A stretch of 64,000 nt of DNA from Chloroflexota bacterium. GTDB taxonomy: Bacteria; Chloroflexota; Anaerolineae; Aggregatilineales; J027. The stretch is from contig JABFGB010000014.1 in the NCBI GenBank assembly GCA_013112715.1, forward strand, positions 16,509 through 80,508. Reading direction: 5' to 3'. The notes beneath the pieces were generated by a model. The model saw only the letters and a program-made list of their open reading frames with translations. It had not been told where the DNA came from and searched no databases. A program made the position numbers and the translations under genes. Of this stretch, positions 1-9,942 are shown one piece after another. How positions within the stretch are numbered: the stretch's first letter is position 1; every line of letters starts with the position of its first letter.

Positions 1-2758
1 GCTCTGGCTCGGAACTGCCAGCCTAGCTGTAGCTGCGGAAATGACGGCCCAAGCCACCTGTGATATTTCCACAACGGCAGCAGCAGGCAGCACCGCCACG
101 CACGTCATTGAGGCGTATATTGGTGCGGCTGTTACACCCGTAGATACGGCAACGATCAACACGTTGATTCAGCCGCCCTTGACGGTCAGTGCGCCGACCT
201 CGGCCTTCACCGCGACCCCGGGCACCAATATCACGGCTTGGCGAGTAGGGGCTGGTTATGCAGTCAATATCTCGTTCGATATTACAAATTCCAGCAACTC
301 GTTACAGGTCACTGGCATTGTGCCGGAAATGTTGGTTGACGGAACGGCGGTTTGCACAGGTGGGTTCCAATACTCACTGCCCCCGAATCCGAATCCTATC
401 ACGTTCAATGGGACGCTGAACCCGAATGCGACTATCCGGGTGACGTGCCTCAACTACACGCCAACGGTGGCCCTCGCACCACTTGCAACAGTGGATGTGG
501 CCGCAACAGGCTTCGTACAGGGTGTCAGTATCAGCGATGATGCAACAGCCGACTTCCCAGTTTACGATCTCGGTTTTACAGTCGAGTTGACGGCTGATCC
601 AACGGCGGCGGATATTGGCGATACGGTCAATTTCACGCTGACCTTAACCAATACGGGTACATCACTGCTCTTCTTACCGCCAGCAAACCAAGACCCGGTG
701 ACGACTGGACGTTTGGATAACCCGACTGCACCTGATGTGTTAGGTGATCTCTACGCCGCTTTGAACACGGTCTGTTTTAGCAGCGGTTCACTCGCTCCCG
801 GTGCAACATGCACATTGGCCTTTGATAACCCGGCCCTGACGAATGATGAGTTGACTTACATCATAGATCAGGCTGACCCAGCGACGATTACCTTCTTGGT
901 TGGCATTACGCTGTGGAGCAATCAACCTGTTGCTCCTGCCACAGCGCCGGCCTTTGAAATTGCGAATCAGGATACGGTGGAGATAACAGTCAACCAACCC
1001 GTCGTCCCCGCCATCAATGCCTTCGGTCTGGCTGCTAATCCAAATCCGGGAGCGGTTGGAAATCAAATTGTGTTTACCGCCAGTATCCAAAACAGCGGTA
1101 CACAGGTGCTGACCAATCTCACCGCGACACTCCAACTCACGCAGTTGACCTTCACCAATGCGGTTGGAGACAATGGTGGCATCGTATTGACGGGTGGGCA
1201 CAATCAGACACCACTTCCGACCATCACGATGATCATCAATGACGCTGATGGCACGTTGAATCCGGGTGAAGTTGCTACTGCGACAGGCTATTGGGTCGCT
1301 GATCGTATTGGTTCGTTCCGCGCTACCCTGACAGCTACTGGACGGGCCGGCACTACCCAAGCGACCGCCACCGATACTGAACTGTTGGAATTCCGTATCA
1401 ACAGCAGTGCGATTGCTACGGCGACTCCAATAACCCCCGGAGCAATTACACCAACCGCGACGATTGCCACCACCGACCCGGACGGCAACCCGCTTGATCC
1501 GAATGCGCTTGACCCGACGATCACCAAGACTGTGACGCCCGAATCGGCATTACCCGGTCAGGATGTCACCTTCACTGTTACCATCACGAATGGCAGCACA
1601 ACGGCCATGGCAAACGTCACGGTGACCGATAATATGCCGCTCGAATTGACGATCAATAATGCGACGACATCGGTTGGGGCGTCGGTGGTCAGTGGACAAC
1701 TTATCACGGTTACGACGGGGCAATTGAACCCCGGTCAACGTATCACGGTGGTAATTATTGCCCGCGTGAACGACGATGTTTCAATACCGTCGCTGATCAC
1801 CAATGATGCTTGTGCGGCGGTGACAGGTCGTACACAGGTCTGCGCGAGTGTTGAACTGCCCATCGGAGCAGATGCCGAAGCCTTACCCACAACAGGGCAG
1901 GGTGAACCGGAATCCGCCGATCTCGACATAGCGACTCAGGGGGTGGCAGGAGTTGCAAGCCGCCCTTTTGGAGTGGCCCCGTTGTTAATGCTTGGTCTGC
2001 TGGCCCTCTTGAGTACCGGGCAGATCAATCGGCAACGATGGCTCTTGGGTGGTCTCGCCGTACTCATTATCGCAACTATTGCGGGCGCCCTCGTTTTGGT
2101 GGGTAGTGGAGATGAGAAAGATGATGCTACGGGGACACCCCAAGTGGTGCTCCCCCCGGGTGTCACTCCAACCGCTTCGCCAACACTTGACCGCGCACCG
2201 ACCTTAACGCCTTTGGCAACCGGGGAGTCACTGGGAAGCCCAGTGGCTCCCACGCCCCTAGATGCACCACCAACACTGCGTCCATCGCCAACACCGTATA
2301 TCCCCCCGACCCCTTCGGGTGATCGGCGGATAGACATTCCAAAACTGAATTTCACCGATCCTGTGCCGATTGTGGAGCTACCCTATTCAGATGCTGCGTG
2401 GGATGTGAGCAATCTGGGACACAGCGTTGGTTGGCTAGAAAAAACAACATGGATGGCACCCACATGGGGTAATACCGTGTTGGTTGCGCATGTCCAGCTT
2501 GCCAATGACGACCCCGGCCCATTTAAACGTCTAAATGAGCTTGAGGTGGGTGATGATATTTATGTCTACGATGGCCCTTACAAATATGCCTTCCGCGTCA
2601 CCGAAGTCATGACTGTGAATGCAACGGCGATTGAAGTGACCCATCCTACGGTTGACCCTGTGTTGACGTTGTTAACCTGTACCAACTGGGATTTTGCGCG
2701 TGGGGTTTATGCTGATCGGCTCATCATCCGGGCCGAGCCGCTCTTAAACGTAAACTAG
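1..2758 (+). CDS. DUF11-type surface-repeat protein with an LPXTG-like sorting signal, fused to a C-terminal sortase domain (5' end probably outside the window)
   Basis: The frame is open from base 2 through ATG 41. It has several 'conserved repeat domain' modules (e.g. KTVTPESALPGQDVTFTVTITNGSTTAMANVTVTDNMP). LPTTG lies at 1883-1897, followed by a hydrophobic stretch plus RQR, a second TM, a P/T-rich linker, then a sortase core (LVAHV ... TLLTC ... LIIRA). Confidence 0.7.
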   Translation, partial: LWLGTASLAVAAEMTAQATCDISTTAAAGSTATHVIEAYIGAAVTPVDTATINTLIQPPLTVSAPTSAFTATPGTNITAWRVGAGYAVNISFDITNSSNSLQVTGIVPEMLVDGTAVCTGGFQYSLPPNPNPITFNGTLNPNATIRVTCLNYTPTVALAPLATVDVAATGFVQGVSISDDATADFPVYDLGFTVELTADPTAADIGDTVNFTLTLTNTGTSLLFLPPANQDPVTTGRLDNPTAPDVLGDLYAALNTVCFSSGSLAPGATCTLAFDNPALTNDELTYIIDQADPATITFLVGITLWSNQPVAPATAPAFEIANQDTVEITVNQPVVPAINAFGLAANPNPGAVGNQIVFTASIQNSGTQVLTNLTATLQLTQLTFTNAVGDNGGIVLTGGHNQTPLPTITMIINDADGTLNPGEVATATGYWVADRIGSFRATLTATGRAGTTQATATDTELLEFRINSSAIATATPITPGAITPTATIATTDPDGNPLDPNALDPTITKTVTPESALPGQDVTFTVTITNGSTTAMANVTVTDNMPLELTINNATTSVGASVVSGQLITVTTGQLNPGQRITVVIIARVNDDVSIPSLITNDACAAVTGRTQVCASVELPIGADAEALPTTGQGEPESADLDIATQGVAGVASRPFGVAPLLMLGLLALLSTGQINRQRWLLGGLAVLIIATIAGALVLVGSGDEKDDATGTPQVVLPPGVTPTASPTLDRAPTLTPLATGESLGSPVAPTPLDAPPTLRPSPTPYIPPTPSGDRRIDIPKLNFTDPVPIVELPYSDAAWDVSNLGHSVGWLEKTTWMAPTWGNTVLVAHVQLANDDPGPFKRLNELEVGDDIYVYDGPYKYAFRVTEVMTVNATAIEVTHPTVDPVLTLLTCTNWDFARGVYADRLIIRAEPLLNVN

Positions 2759-2780
2759 ACCAGATGGAATCCGCTAAACA

Positions 2781-2820
2781 AAAAGGGCAGGGGGATAGAC
2801 CTCTGCCCTTTTGATTTTTG
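2781..2820. terminator. Bidirectional intrinsic terminator between convergent genes
   Basis: AAAAGGGCAG (2781-2790) pairs with CTGCCCTTTT (2803-2812). A T-run ttttgattttt follows, and an A-run on the other side serves the minus strand. Confidence 0.8.
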
Positions 2821-2838
2821 TTGGTTGTATTGGCTCGC

Positions 2839-4941
2839 TTATTCCCCGCCGAAGACCTGAATAGGCATAATGATGGGGTCACCGACAGGCACTCCATAAT
2901 CAGCAAATTGCAGTTGCCATACCCCGAAATAACAACCGTAGCGGTTTGAGGCGAGGCCCGTAATGGGGATGGTCAATGAATCACCTCGTGCGACTGGCCC
3001 CTCTAAGAAAATACGTGGGCGGGTCGGGCTGGTATAGTTGACATCCGTGAAGATGCGATCCCGCGAACTGCATTCTTGGCTCAAAGGGCCATAATCTATC
3101 TCTAGGGTAGTAGTATCTCTGATAAAGAAAAATTCTAGCCCTGCATCGCTAGGCCAGTCGCATGTGCTGGCATTTTCGATCACCAAGTTAAACGTAAACT
3201 CTGAACGGGCCTGTACTAGACGTGGATTCACAATGTCGCGCAGGGAGGGGGCCGTATCCAATTCACGCGGCTCTATAATGGCGTAATCTAAATCACACCG
3301 AGCAAGCAGTTCTTCGACGGTTAGGGTAGGCGTTGCGGCGGTTGCGGTTTGGATTAAGGCAGCCGTCTGACTTGCAAACATCTGCACTCGTGCGGTTTGC
3401 GTAAACTGCACCGCTGAAGTTGGGGACGATGTTGACGTCGGGGTGCTGCTGGCAGAAGTGGTTGCTGTGTTGGTGGGGGTTGAGGACGGCGTGAAGGTAT
3501 TGGTCGCTGTCGAAGTTGCAGTTGCAGTTGCAGTTGCGGTGTTGGTTGGTGTACTGGTCTTGCTTGGAGTGGGGGTATTGCTGGGTGTTGGTGTAATACT
3601 GGGTTCACTGGACGGCAAGACGGGCAGCGTAGCGCTGGCGTTCTCCGACGCGATTTTGGTGGTCGGCGTATCCGTATCCCCGTTTTCAAAAAACCCTGCG
3701 AGTGGGCCATCTCCATTTTGCCCTGTGATGATGAGGCCTAGTATTCCTCCCAACAGCACTAACATAAACAGTACCGTGATAGCAACCGAGGCACAGCCGC
3801 GACTTTTCTGGCGGGTTGGGGTTAGCTCTGGGAGTTTGGTACGTCCGGTGGTGGTCGCAGGATTCAGATTGCGTGCTCCCCCGGTTGTCATTGTGCGCGG
3901 TGTTTGTGTAGGTGGGTTAGGCGCTTGGCCGGCTCTTGGACGGTTAGGATCCAGAACGGTACGGTGCGACCCGGTGACGCGACGTTTGTCTTGTTCCGTC
4001 GCCTCATTAATCACAGCCAGCGGGTTGCTGCCAGTAGATAATATACTGGCGGAAATTGAATCACCCATAGAGACTGAATTGGGCGTTTTGACATCGCCGA
4101 TTAATGTCCGCCCGCCAATTCCGCGACGTAAATCCTCTAAAAACTCCTCCGCTGATTGGTACCGTTTTTCGGGGTCTTTTTCCATTGCTTTCGATGTCAC
4201 CTGTACCACCCAATCGGGCAGTCCGGGTTCAATTTTGCGAAGGTCAGGCACGGGTTCGTTGAGATGTTTCAAGATAATGGCTAGGGGGGTATCCGCATCA
4301 TAAGGGAGGCGACCTGTCACCATTTGATACATGATAACACCAACCGAATAAAGATCGGAGCGCTCATCGCCTGCTTCTCCGAGACCTTGCTCGGGAGCCA
4401 TATAAGCGGGTGTTCCCACCATACCGCCACTGGCTGTAAATTGTGCCCCGGTGACGATCTTCGCAATGCCAAAGTCGGTTAGAACCACCCGACCATCTTC
4501 ATCTAACATCAAGTTGGCGGGTTTTACATCCCGATGAATCATATTGCGCTTGTGAGCATACGATAGGGCGTTGGTTGTATCGCTGATGATTCGAACGGAT
4601 TCTTGCAGTGGATAGCGTTGATCGCTGGCAGCCAATTCGAATAGCTTATCCTTTAGCGTAGGGCCATTGATAAGCTCCATGACCATATAATAACTTTCGC
4701 CATGCTGATCATATTCAAAATCAAAAACCTGCACGATGTTTGGATGGCGCAGCTTGGCAACATTGCGGGCTTCTTTTTCAAAACGATCTTTAAATTCAGG
4801 GTCATCTGCCAAGAAAGGGTGTAGAAGTTTGATGGCAACATAGCGGTCAAGCGCGGCGTGATAGCCCTTGTAGACCTCTGCCATCCCACCCCGGCCTAAC
4901 CGTTCTATGACTTCATATTTACCAAGCGTTTTTCTTGCCAC
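2839..4941 (-). CDS. Hanks-type Ser/Thr protein kinase, single-pass membrane, with an extracytoplasmic NBR1-like Ig domain
   Basis: Kinase motifs GRGGMAEVYKG, VAIK, HRDVKPANL, DFGIAK, GTPAYMAPE. One TM (VAITVLFMLVLLGGILGLII). T/S/P-rich linker. The C-terminal roughly 150 aa resembles the NBR1-type Ig fold (inferred). GTG start. Confidence 0.9.
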   Translation of the reverse strand: MARKTLGKYEVIERLGRGGMAEVYKGYHAALDRYVAIKLLHPFLADDPEFKDRFEKEARNVAKLRHPNIVQVFDFEYDQHGESYYMVMELINGPTLKDKLFELAASDQRYPLQESVRIISDTTNALSYAHKRNMIHRDVKPANLMLDEDGRVVLTDFGIAKIVTGAQFTASGGMVGTPAYMAPEQGLGEAGDERSDLYSVGVIMYQMVTGRLPYDADTPLAIILKHLNEPVPDLRKIEPGLPDWVVQVTSKAMEKDPEKRYQSAEEFLEDLRRGIGGRTLIGDVKTPNSVSMGDSISASILSTGSNPLAVINEATEQDKRRVTGSHRTVLDPNRPRAGQAPNPPTQTPRTMTTGGARNLNPATTTGRTKLPELTPTRQKSRGCASVAITVLFMLVLLGGILGLIITGQNGDGPLAGFFENGDTDTPTTKIASENASATLPVLPSSEPSITPTPSNTPTPSKTSTPTNTATATATATSTATNTFTPSSTPTNTATTSASSTPTSTSSPTSAVQFTQTARVQMFASQTAALIQTATAATPTLTVEELLARCDLDYAIIEPRELDTAPSLRDIVNPRLVQARSEFTFNLVIENASTCDWPSDAGLEFFFIRDTTTLEIDYGPLSQECSSRDRIFTDVNYTSPTRPRIFLEGPVARGDSLTIPITGLASNRYGCYFGVWQLQFADYGVPVGDPIIMPIQVFGGE

Positions 4942-5121
4942 GAGTGTTTTTTACCCTTAATATCACGGCATGATGGGAGGAAAATGAATTAGCTCCCCAC
5001 AGCGGGGTAGTATACCGGATACGTGCATCATTCTCCAATATAGCACGCCTCAGGCAGTTTGTACGAATTACCACTTTTTTCCTTCACAAAATTTAGAAAG
5101 TGAAACGGACACTTGCGTGAA

Positions 5122-5853
5122 TTAATTCTTGAGTGTGTCTTCCGGCTTTGGCTGATATTTTCCTTCAACCCATGCCGCGCCATCTGGGTGGATTTCCTTT
5201 TTCCAAATGGGCACAATCTCTTTCAGACGATCAATCCCATAACGGGCCGCCTCAAAACAGCCTTGATCTCGATGCCCAGCCCCACATGCGATTAAGACGG
5301 TCGGTTGGCCTACTTCGAGATGACCAATCCGTTGTGCGACAGCGATGCCTTGTACCAACGGCCACTGCTGACGGATTTCGGCAATGACCTGCTGCATTTT
5401 CGCCACTGCCATTGGCGCATAAGCTTCGTATTCTAGGCGGGTGGTGGTCTCAATACCATGTTGTGTCTTGGTCTCCCCCCGCACATAACCGCTAAACAAG
5501 GCTATTGCACCAGTAGCAGGCGTTACAACTTTGGCGGTCAGTTCGTTTAAATCTATCGGGTGTTCTGCCAACAGTGCGATCTCGGGCCAGTTTATGACCT
5601 CACTTCCGCCAGAAACGGGCGGGAAAAATGCAACCTCATCACCCGCTTGGACAAGATGACCCTCAAACACGTACTCATGATTCACAGCGGGGATCGCACT
5701 TGCTAGGGCGGTCTTCAATGCTGGTATCTGATGAACGAGGTGTTCTCGCACGGCGTCAATAGTTGTGTCTTCGGCGAGTTGGAGGGTTAATTCGCTTGAC
5801 CCCGCCAAATCTTTGAGCGTCGCAAATAACTTTACTTTTAAGGTAAAGGTCAT
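5122..5853 (-). CDS. moaE: Molybdopterin synthase, MoaD-MoaE fusion
   Basis: The N-terminal ThiS/MoaD-like part ends in FFPPVSGG. The C-terminal part is MoaE-like (LFSGYVRGE, HRDQGCFEAARYGIDRLKEIVPIWKKE). Confidence 0.85.
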   Translation of the reverse strand: MTFTLKVKLFATLKDLAGSSELTLQLAEDTTIDAVREHLVHQIPALKTALASAIPAVNHEYVFEGHLVQAGDEVAFFPPVSGGSEVINWPEIALLAEHPIDLNELTAKVVTPATGAIALFSGYVRGETKTQHGIETTTRLEYEAYAPMAVAKMQQVIAEIRQQWPLVQGIAVAQRIGHLEVGQPTVLIACGAGHRDQGCFEAARYGIDRLKEIVPIWKKEIHPDGAAWVEGKYQPKPEDTLKN

Positions 5854-6005
5854 GGGAGGATGCCTTGTCTGTTGTCTTTACCAATGGGGTTAATTTTACC
5901 GAAAGCAGCGTAAAATATCAGGGTGGAGTTGCCTGATACTTAAAGTATTTCCTGTACCCCGAAAGGTATGACACATGTCGAAGGCTGTATATAAGCTAAA
6001 GACCA

Positions 6006-6542
6006 CTAAAAATCGTTAGCGCGATAATCCCCACTTTTGCCACCGCGTTTTTCGAGCAGATGAATACCTTCAATTTGCATTTCGCGGTCAAGCGCTTTCG
6101 CCATGTCATAGATGGTGAGCGCAGCTACACTAACAGCAGTGAGGGCTTCCATCTCAACTCCCGTTTTTCCAGTGGTGCGGGCCGTCGCTCGAATATTCAC
6201 CGCTGACGCACTGGTATCTAGTTCTAAGTCAACGTCAATATGGGTGAGGGGGAGAGGGTGACACAGGGGAATTAATTCAGAGGTTCGTTTAGCTGCCATA
6301 ATGCCTGCAATACGGGCTACAGTCAGCACATCACCTTTTTTGACAAGTCCATCCCGAATGGCTGCAAAAGTTTCGGTATTCATCAATATCCGTCCATCTG
6401 CAACCGCGACACGTTCAGTATCAGCTTTATGCCCAACATCAACCATCCGCGCCGTACCTTGTCCATCAAGGTGAGTCAGCGCGGACGGTGCATTTTCAGA
6501 TGATTCTGGGTCGGGCGGGTTAGGGGGCTGGCGAGACGACAT
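6006..6542 (-). CDS. moaC: Cyclic pyranopterin monophosphate synthase MoaC
   Basis: Motifs [48 protein letters not shown] at 6542 overlaps the upstream stop (TGATG). Confidence 0.9.
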   Translation of the reverse strand: MSSRQPPNPPDPESSENAPSALTHLDGQGTARMVDVGHKADTERVAVADGRILMNTETFAAIRDGLVKKGDVLTVARIAGIMAAKRTSELIPLCHPLPLTHIDVDLELDTSASAVNIRATARTTGKTGVEMEALTAVSVAALTIYDMAKALDREMQIEGIHLLEKRGGKSGDYRANDF

Positions 6543-7072
6543 CACGCAATCGAATCCTCAAAGCTGGCCCGCATGACCAGCCGTCCGAGGCGGACTTCAT
6601 CTCCATCCCGTAAAATGCGCGGCTCGTTCGAAAGAATTTTCTGCCCATTCAAATAAGTGCCGTTGGCGCTGTCTTCATCAATAATAACAACTGTCTCATT
6701 TTGCCTGCGCAGCCGTGCATGACGACGTGACACACCCGCTTCGACTGCTCCATAAGGACTGAAGTCTACATCCACTTTTTCGTTGCCGTGCGTGCGGCCC
6801 AACACCAGTTCCGTTTCTAGGTGGAGTTTTAGGGGCTTGTCGTTGCCGCGCACATGGAAAATTACCACCGTTTCACGATCAAAACGTGCGGTTCCCCAAC
6901 GACGCTTAGGGACGACAGGGCCTTCATCTTTTTCTTCTAATTGACGAGTTTTAAGACCAGTTTCTGGTAATAACTCACCACAGTTTGTGCATAAAACTGG
7001 GTTTTCGCCCGTATTTTCGGTTCCACATTTGGAACACACTTTGGTTATCATAGAAACATTGCTCACTTCCAT
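6542..7072 (-). CDS. Zinc-ribbon / FHA domain protein
   Basis: CSKCGTEN...CTNCGE zinc ribbon, plus an FHA core ([22 protein letters not shown]). ATG 7072 is preceded by GAGGG; the longest ORF uses TTG 7087. Confidence 0.8.
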   Translation of the reverse strand: MEVSNVSMITKVCSKCGTENTGENPVLCTNCGELLPETGLKTRQLEEKDEGPVVPKRRWGTARFDRETVVIFHVRGNDKPLKLHLETELVLGRTHGNEKVDVDFSPYGAVEAGVSRRHARLRRQNETVVIIDEDSANGTYLNGQKILSNEPRILRDGDEVRLGRLVMRASFEDSIA

Positions 7073-7387
7073 GACCGTTGCCCTCAAGTCCCAACACTGT
7101 ATACAATTTTAGTTTACTTGAATAAGGATACTAAGGGAAATCATACACATTATTTTTGCAGCTATAACAATCTAACACAATATTTACAAAATTCAGTTAT
7201 TTTTGATTTAGGATTTACTCTTGAGTGATATTATACACCTTCCCAACACAAGCGTGTATTTCAAATTTCCAACCCTGAGTCGAATATTGAAACGTCGCTT
7301 TTGCACAGGTATACTTCCAATCCCGAACACGATCAAGTAAATCATTTAACACAAAAGACGCTAAATTCAGCAGTAAGTGAGGATAAG

Positions 7388-8305
7388 GTGGGTTCACTGG
7401 TAAGAGGCTTGAGCCGGACCCGGCAGGCCGTTTTTGGGCGGTTAGCACAAGCGTTGGGTAACACCAACATTACCGAAGATACATGGGATGAAATCGAGGC
7501 CATGTTTTTGCAGGCCGACATGGGTGTGCCGACCACAACGGAGTTGATTAAACGATTGCAGGTGCGTGTTCGGCGTGATGGACTGACCAAAACTTCCCAG
7601 ATGAACGACGCGATTAAAGCCGAATTACGTGGCCTCCTGAGCACACCAGTTCCTTTAAATATTAGTGGACGCCAACTTTCGGTGATTATGATTGTAGGGG
7701 TCAATGGGTCGGGCAAAACAACCACAATTGGCAAGCTGGCCCGTCGTATGCAGCTGAATAACCGCAAGACCTTGATTGCTGCGGGTGATACGTTCCGTGC
7801 CGCCGCGATTGACCAAGTCCAAGTATGGGGTGAACGGGCGGGTGTGCCGGTGATTGCAGGCAAACCCGGCATGGACCCCGGCGCGATTGTGTATGACGCC
7901 GTGGAAGCGGCCAATGCACGCGGCGCAGAAATCTTGATTGTGGATACCGCTGGACGCCTTCACTCGAACTTCAACCTGATGCAAGAATTGAAAAAAGTGT
8001 ATGCTGTCATGGGCAAGGTCGTACCGGATGCTCCGCATGAAGTGCTACTGGTTTTGGATGGCACTACCGGGCAAAACGCGCTTACACAGGCCAAAAAATT
8101 CCAAGAAATGGTCAACGTCACAGGGTTGATTGTGACCAAACTGGATGGCACAGCTAAGGGCGGCATGATTTTTGCAATTCACCAAGAACTCGGTCTGCCG
8201 ATTCATTATATCGGTGTGGGTGAGACCATTTATGATTTAGTCCCGTTTGATCCAGATCGGTTTGTCGCGGGTCTGTTTGACGAACTTGAGGAGAAAGAAA
8301 GTTAA
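7388..8305 (+). CDS. ftsY: Signal recognition particle receptor FtsY
   Basis: NG-domain motifs [35 protein letters not shown] 7388 follows GAGGA. The longest ORF starts at TTG 7301, so the start is uncertain. Confidence 0.85.
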   Translation: MGSLVRGLSRTRQAVFGRLAQALGNTNITEDTWDEIEAMFLQADMGVPTTTELIKRLQVRVRRDGLTKTSQMNDAIKAELRGLLSTPVPLNISGRQLSVIMIVGVNGSGKTTTIGKLARRMQLNNRKTLIAAGDTFRAAAIDQVQVWGERAGVPVIAGKPGMDPGAIVYDAVEAANARGAEILIVDTAGRLHSNFNLMQELKKVYAVMGKVVPDAPHEVLLVLDGTTGQNALTQAKKFQEMVNVTGLIVTKLDGTAKGGMIFAIHQELGLPIHYIGVGETIYDLVPFDPDRFVAGLFDELEEKES

Positions 8306-9388
8306 TGGAAGTAGTAAGCCGCCTCAACGAAATGCGTGAACGAATCGAAACCCTCATGGAGCGTCTTTGACATCGCTAAGAAAGCCGATGACCTGGCTCA
8401 CCTCGAAGAAAAATCCATTCAACCCGATTTTTGGAACGATGCGGCGTCGGCCCAAACCACCATGCAGCATATCTCCAAACTGCGGAATGAAGTCCAAAAG
8501 TGGCAGGTGACGTTTCAGCATATCCAAGACGCGCTTGAATTAGCCGAATTGGGTGATGAGAGCTTGGAAGCTGAATTGGAGCAGGAAGCTGACCAATTAG
8601 CCGAGCAGGTCGAAAAACTCTCGTTTCAGGCTATGCTAGGTGGCCGATACGACAACGAAGATGCCATCCTTGCTGTCCACGCCGGGGCGGGAGGAACCGA
8701 TGCTCAGGATTGGGCACAAATGCTGATGCGAATGTATGTACGCTGGGCGGAGGAGCACGGACACAAGATTGAAGTCGTAGATGAGATGGAAGGCGAAGAA
8801 GCGGGCATAAAAAGTGCCATGCTATCTATTCAGGGCGATTGGGTCTATGGCTACCTCCAATCCGAACGTGGCGTGCATCGCTTGGTGCGGATCAGCCCTT
8901 ACAACGCCAACAGCAAGCGGCAGACCTCGTTTGCATTGGTTGAGGTGTGGCCGGATATTCACGGCGAAATTGAAATCGAGATCAATGAAAAAGACCTGCA
9001 AATTGATACCTACCGTTCTAGCGGGGCGGGGGGGCAGCACGTCCAGAAAAATGACACGGCGGTGCGAATTACCCATTTGCCTACCGGCATTGTCGTATCG
9101 TGCCAAAATGAACGCAGCCAAGTGCAAAACATGAATCGGGCCATGCAGGTCTTAAAATCGCGCTTGTTGGCCTTAGAGCAGCAAAAACAGGACGAGGAAT
9201 TTGCCCAACTCAAAGGTGAGCACGTCAGTGCGGAATGGGGACATCAAATCCGTTCATATGTCCTGCATCCCTATCAGTTGGTGAAAGACCTGCGTACCGA
9301 TTATGAAACAGGCCGTACCGCCGATGTACTGGATGGACGACTGGATGAGTTTATGGAATCCTATTTGCGGTACAAGGTTGGGTCGTAA
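8305..9388 (+). CDS. prfB: Peptide chain release factor 2, expressed through a programmed +1 frameshift (8305-8367 joined to 8369-9388)
   Basis: The short frame [21 protein letters not shown] ends at CTT TGA C (8365-8371). The +1 frame continues DIAKKADDL...PDFWND and carries SGAGGQHVQK (GGQ). Confidence 0.93.
8358..8371 (+). promoter_or_regulatory. RF2 autoregulatory +1 frameshift site (SD-like GGAG, then CUU UGA C)
   Basis: The sequence ggagcgtctttgac has GGAG three nt upstream of the CTT slippery codon, an in-frame TGA, and a C in the weak-termination context. Confidence 0.9.
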
Positions 9389-9439
9389 TATCATTCCTTG
9401 TCATATCGTGTGCAGTGCAGCTTGGACAAGGAGACGATT

Positions 9440-9730
9440 ATGTACGGTACAGTCGCTCGGATGCGGGTAAGACCGGGCATGGAAGACCGATTTGACCAAA
9501 TTACCAGAGATATTGGAGTAGGCCGCGCACCCGGACAGGTGGCGGTGATGGTCTATCAAATGGATCGTGATAGTAACGAGTTTATCCTGACCGTAGTTTT
9601 TGAAAGCCGTGAAGCCTATTTTGCCAATGCCGACAGTCCTGAACAACATGAGCGTTTCATGAAAATTATGCAGGTGCTGGAGAGCGAGCCAGAATGGAAT
9701 GATGGCGAAATCGTCTATTCCGTTTTCTAA
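9440..9730 (+). CDS. Small ABM-like (antibiotic biosynthesis monooxygenase fold) protein
   Basis: About 96 aa with a ferredoxin-like pattern (MYGTVARMRVRPG...EFILTVVFESREAYFANADSPEQ). AAGGAGA lies 5 nt upstream of ATG 9440. The family call is tentative. Confidence 0.55.
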   Translation: MYGTVARMRVRPGMEDRFDQITRDIGVGRAPGQVAVMVYQMDRDSNEFILTVVFESREAYFANADSPEQHERFMKIMQVLESEPEWNDGEIVYSVF

Positions 9731-9741
9731 TGTCCCTGCGT

Positions 9742-9787
9742 CCCTGTTGCAGTAAATTTTTGAGTGGGGAAATTTACTGTGACAGGG
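9742..9787 (+). terminator. Imperfect 18-bp hairpin downstream of the ABM-like gene
   Basis: CCCTGTTGCAGTAAATTT (9742-9759) pairs with AAATTTACTGTGACAGGG (9770-9787) with 2 mismatches. No U-tract follows, so terminator function is uncertain. Confidence 0.4.
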
Positions 9788-9828
9788 GTAAGTTAAGCAA
9801 GGGATGAGTCATCTAGTAAACGCTCCCA

Positions 9829-9857
9829 TAGATTAAAAATCGTATTAAAACTATAAT
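9829..9857 (+). promoter_or_regulatory. Candidate sigma70-type promoter for rseP
   Basis: Perfect TATAAT at 9852-9857, with TAGATT 17 nt upstream. This is a sequence match only. Confidence 0.3.
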
Positions 9858-9942
9858 GGTATCTAATTTCAGATAGCAGTCTGTCCGCTTGAATGGATGG
9901 GATAGGCTTGTGATTGGTTCTGGCGAGAGGTTCTGAGGTTCT

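Noticed and set aside
3443-4303. Long antisense ORFs opposite real genes: 3443-4303, 62115-62957, 39892-40632, 10012-10641, 7342-7914, 788-1360.
   Set aside because: Each lies fully inside a well-supported gene on the other strand, has low-complexity or Arg/Pro-rich composition, and has no recognisable motifs. These are typical shadow ORFs.
5854-6005. Possible Moco riboswitch in the 152-nt gap upstream of moaD-E.
   Set aside because: Small hairpins are present (ATCAGG...CCTGAT, a TTCG-type loop), but I could not find the conserved Moco-motif core sequences. An Infernal scan with the Rfam Moco model would settle it.
7089-7330. The repeated motif TCCCAACAC (7089-7097, 7241-7249) and variant TCCCGAACAC (7321-7330) in the AT-rich FHA/ftsY divergent region.
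   Set aside because: It is only a 9-mer with two exact copies in about 300 nt. A rough chance expectation is not negligible, and there is no symmetry or regular spacing.
8336-8368. ATG 8336 as the prfB start (the ORF-track model).
   Set aside because: It would remove the conserved RF2 N-terminus. The upstream 21-codon frame ending in CTT TGA C explains the gene by the known +1 frameshift.
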